60,989 nt of DNA from positions 1-60,989 of the IMG/VR virus record IMGVR_UViG_3300020207_000025, one strand, 5' to 3'. The DNA is from a virus (lineage: Duplodnaviria; Caudoviricetes). A model generated the notes under the pieces. That model saw nothing but the letters and a program-made list of their open reading frames with translations, ran no database searches and was not told the DNA's origin. The position numbers were made by a program, and so were the translations under genes. Shown piece by piece: positions 59,545 through 60,989 of this stretch; positions within the stretch are counted from its first letter, which is position 1, and each line of letters opens with the position of its first letter.

Positions 59545-60825
59545 TTAAAATAAATCGTTTGATGTAATTGATTTAGATTTCTTACTGTAGTTAATACTTC
59601 TTTTGTTGAAGAAATCTGTGTGTTTTGTAGTCAGAATTTCATCATCAAACCACTCAGTCGTTTCCAACAACGCCTCATTGATTTCAAAAATACTTTCAAG
59701 ACCAATAGAGTTTAATGATACATTAAATCTATGTTTAATAAATTCCATAGTCTGACTTTTCGTCAAGAAATCCAAATCACCTTCCTCAAAAATCCAATCT
59801 ATAATTTCTGTTTCTGCCTCAAATGCTTCCATAGTCGCATTGATAAGGTCTTCCTGTAATCCTTCTGTCCACCATGATGGGTTCTCTTGTTTGATAAGGT
59901 TTACCAAATCAAACCCAAACTCTGCGTGGATATTTTCTTCTTTTGATGTTGCCTCAACAGCGTTACTAATACCTTTCAACATGTTCTTATGTTTGTTGAA
60001 TGATAACATAACCAAGAATTGTGAGAACAACGACACATTTTCTACGAACATAGAGAATAACACTACAGACTCAAAGTAGTCTTTGTTTTCTACTGACTTT
60101 GAGTTTGAAATTGACTTCTCTAAGTATTTGATTCTTCTACGAATTGCCGGTACTTCCATAAGAGTTTCAAACTCTGCGTTAAGACCCAACAATTGAATCA
60201 AATGAGAATACGCATCTGCGTGTCTTACTTCTGATTCTGCGAATGTTGCACCTACATTACCAATTTCAGGTTTCGGCATCCTTTTGTAGATGTCACCCCA
60301 AAACGTTTTAACTGCAACTTCAATCTGTGAGATTGCCAACATCGCTCTTTTTACTGCGGTTTTTTCTTTCTTATCCAAGTGAACTTTGAAATCTTGGATG
60401 TCTGATGTAAAGTTAAACTCAGTGTGTACCCAGTATGAGTGTCTGATAGCATCTACATACTCATTAAGATTTGGGTATTCATAAGGTTTAAGATTGGTTC
60501 TCTTTGAGAAGATATCAGGTCTGTGTTTTGCACGGTACACGATATATTCTCTTGCTACGTCGTTAAGACCATTATCCATCAATTTGTTTTCAACCATTTC
60601 GTGGATTTCGTCTACGTGTGGAACTTTATCTTTATCATCTCTGAAGATTCCCTTACGAGTGATTCTCGCAATCTTTTCTGCCATTTCATCATCAACCTCA
60701 CCCACTGACTGCATCGCCTTCAGTACTGCGTATTTGATTTTCTCCGCTTCAAAGATTACCTCTTCACCACTCCTCTTAATTACATAACGAGTTTCTTTAC
60801 TGTTCATAGTATTAAAATTTACCAT
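59545..60825 (-). CDS. nrdB: Ribonucleotide reductase class I beta subunit with N-terminal ATP-cone (class Id-like)
   Basis: 426 aa (start may be 60807). VIKRSG...FEAEKI..AV.KA...VDEIHEMVENKLM...VAREYIVYR is an ATP-cone. Ligand motifs QIEVAVK, ESEVRHADAY, VENVSLF, EENIH; C-terminal DFF.KR...Y. Confidence 0.95.
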   Translation of the reverse strand: MVNFNTMNSKETRYVIKRSGEEVIFEAEKIKYAVLKAMQSVGEVDDEMAEKIARITRKGIFRDDKDKVPHVDEIHEMVENKLMDNGLNDVAREYIVYRAKHRPDIFSKRTNLKPYEYPNLNEYVDAIRHSYWVHTEFNFTSDIQDFKVHLDKKEKTAVKRAMLAISQIEVAVKTFWGDIYKRMPKPEIGNVGATFAESEVRHADAYSHLIQLLGLNAEFETLMEVPAIRRRIKYLEKSISNSKSVENKDYFESVVLFSMFVENVSLFSQFLVMLSFNKHKNMLKGISNAVEATSKEENIHAEFGFDLVNLIKQENPSWWTEGLQEDLINATMEAFEAETEIIDWIFEEGDLDFLTKSQTMEFIKHRFNVSLNSIGLESIFEINEALLETTEWFDDEILTTKHTDFFNKRSINYSKKSKSITSNDLF

Positions 60826-60838
60826 AATTTATTATTGT

Positions 60839-60988
60839 TTAGTTTTGTTGTCCCTCACGTTGCTTACGCTTCTCCATGAGTTCCTTGATTCTATCCCTCT
60901 GTTTCTCTTCCCTTTGTTCTTCCAAACCTAAGAAAGTCATACTCTGTTCAGTATCAATAACCAACATCTCATTGTCATATTTAGAGTT
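60839..60988 (-). CDS. C-terminal fragment of an upstream gene, possibly a replicative DnaB-like helicase
   Basis: Manual translation ...NSKYDNEMLVIDTEQSMTFLGLEEQREEKQRDRIKELMEKRKQREGQQN*. The frame is open to the window edge. The helicase call rests only on recalled similarity and context; no catalytic motif is in view. Confidence 0.45.
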   Translation of the reverse strand, partial: NSKYDNEMLVIDTEQSMTFLGLEEQREEKQRDRIKELMEKRKQREGQQN

Positions 60989-60989
60989 C

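Noticed and set aside
1-60989. Eukaryotic or giant-virus (NCLDV) origin suggested by mucins and GT60
   Set aside because: gp25/gp6-like baseplate genes, overlapping stop/start coupling, intrinsic terminators and a bacterial-type RNR indicate a tailed bacteriophage.
1-60989. tRNA, rRNA or other structured RNA genes
   Set aside because: Intergenic gaps are short and AT-rich, and no cloverleaf or T-loop signature was noticed by eye. A covariance search was not possible.

Overview
About 61 kb of a large (jumbo-type) contractile-tailed phage genome, with nearly all genes on the minus strand. A Bacteroidota/Flavobacteriia host is inferred from a class Id-type RNR with an ATP-cone on the beta subunit, SprB-like repeats, PRMT-type fibre C-termini and A-rich starts without Shine-Dalgarno motifs. 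In transcription order (right to left) the window holds: a probable helicase C-terminus; nrdB and nrdA; a terminator; gp25-, gp6- and gp7-like baseplate genes; Thr/Pro-repeat ('mucin-like') Cys-rich proteins; three mosaic tail-fibre paralogues; a compact glycan-modification operon; a 2757-aa mucin-like protein with an N-terminal Hint domain; a Nal1-like serine protease; more adhesin/structural genes; and the start of a RuvC-like gene. The glycan operon encodes a GT60-like polypeptide GlcNAc transferase, a NodU/CmcH carbamoyltransferase, HtrL/WlaTC-like proteins, two methyltransferases (one frameshifted) and a GT-A domain. The main candidate novel system is phage-encoded mucin-type O-glycosylation: a GT60 initiating enzyme and tailoring enzymes sit among six virion-associated proteins carrying Thr-Pro repeats, which suggests a glycan-coated virion. 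A TATTTAT[A/C/T] motif precedes many structural genes. No tRNA, CRISPR array or mobile element was seen. All family assignments come from motif recognition, not database searches.
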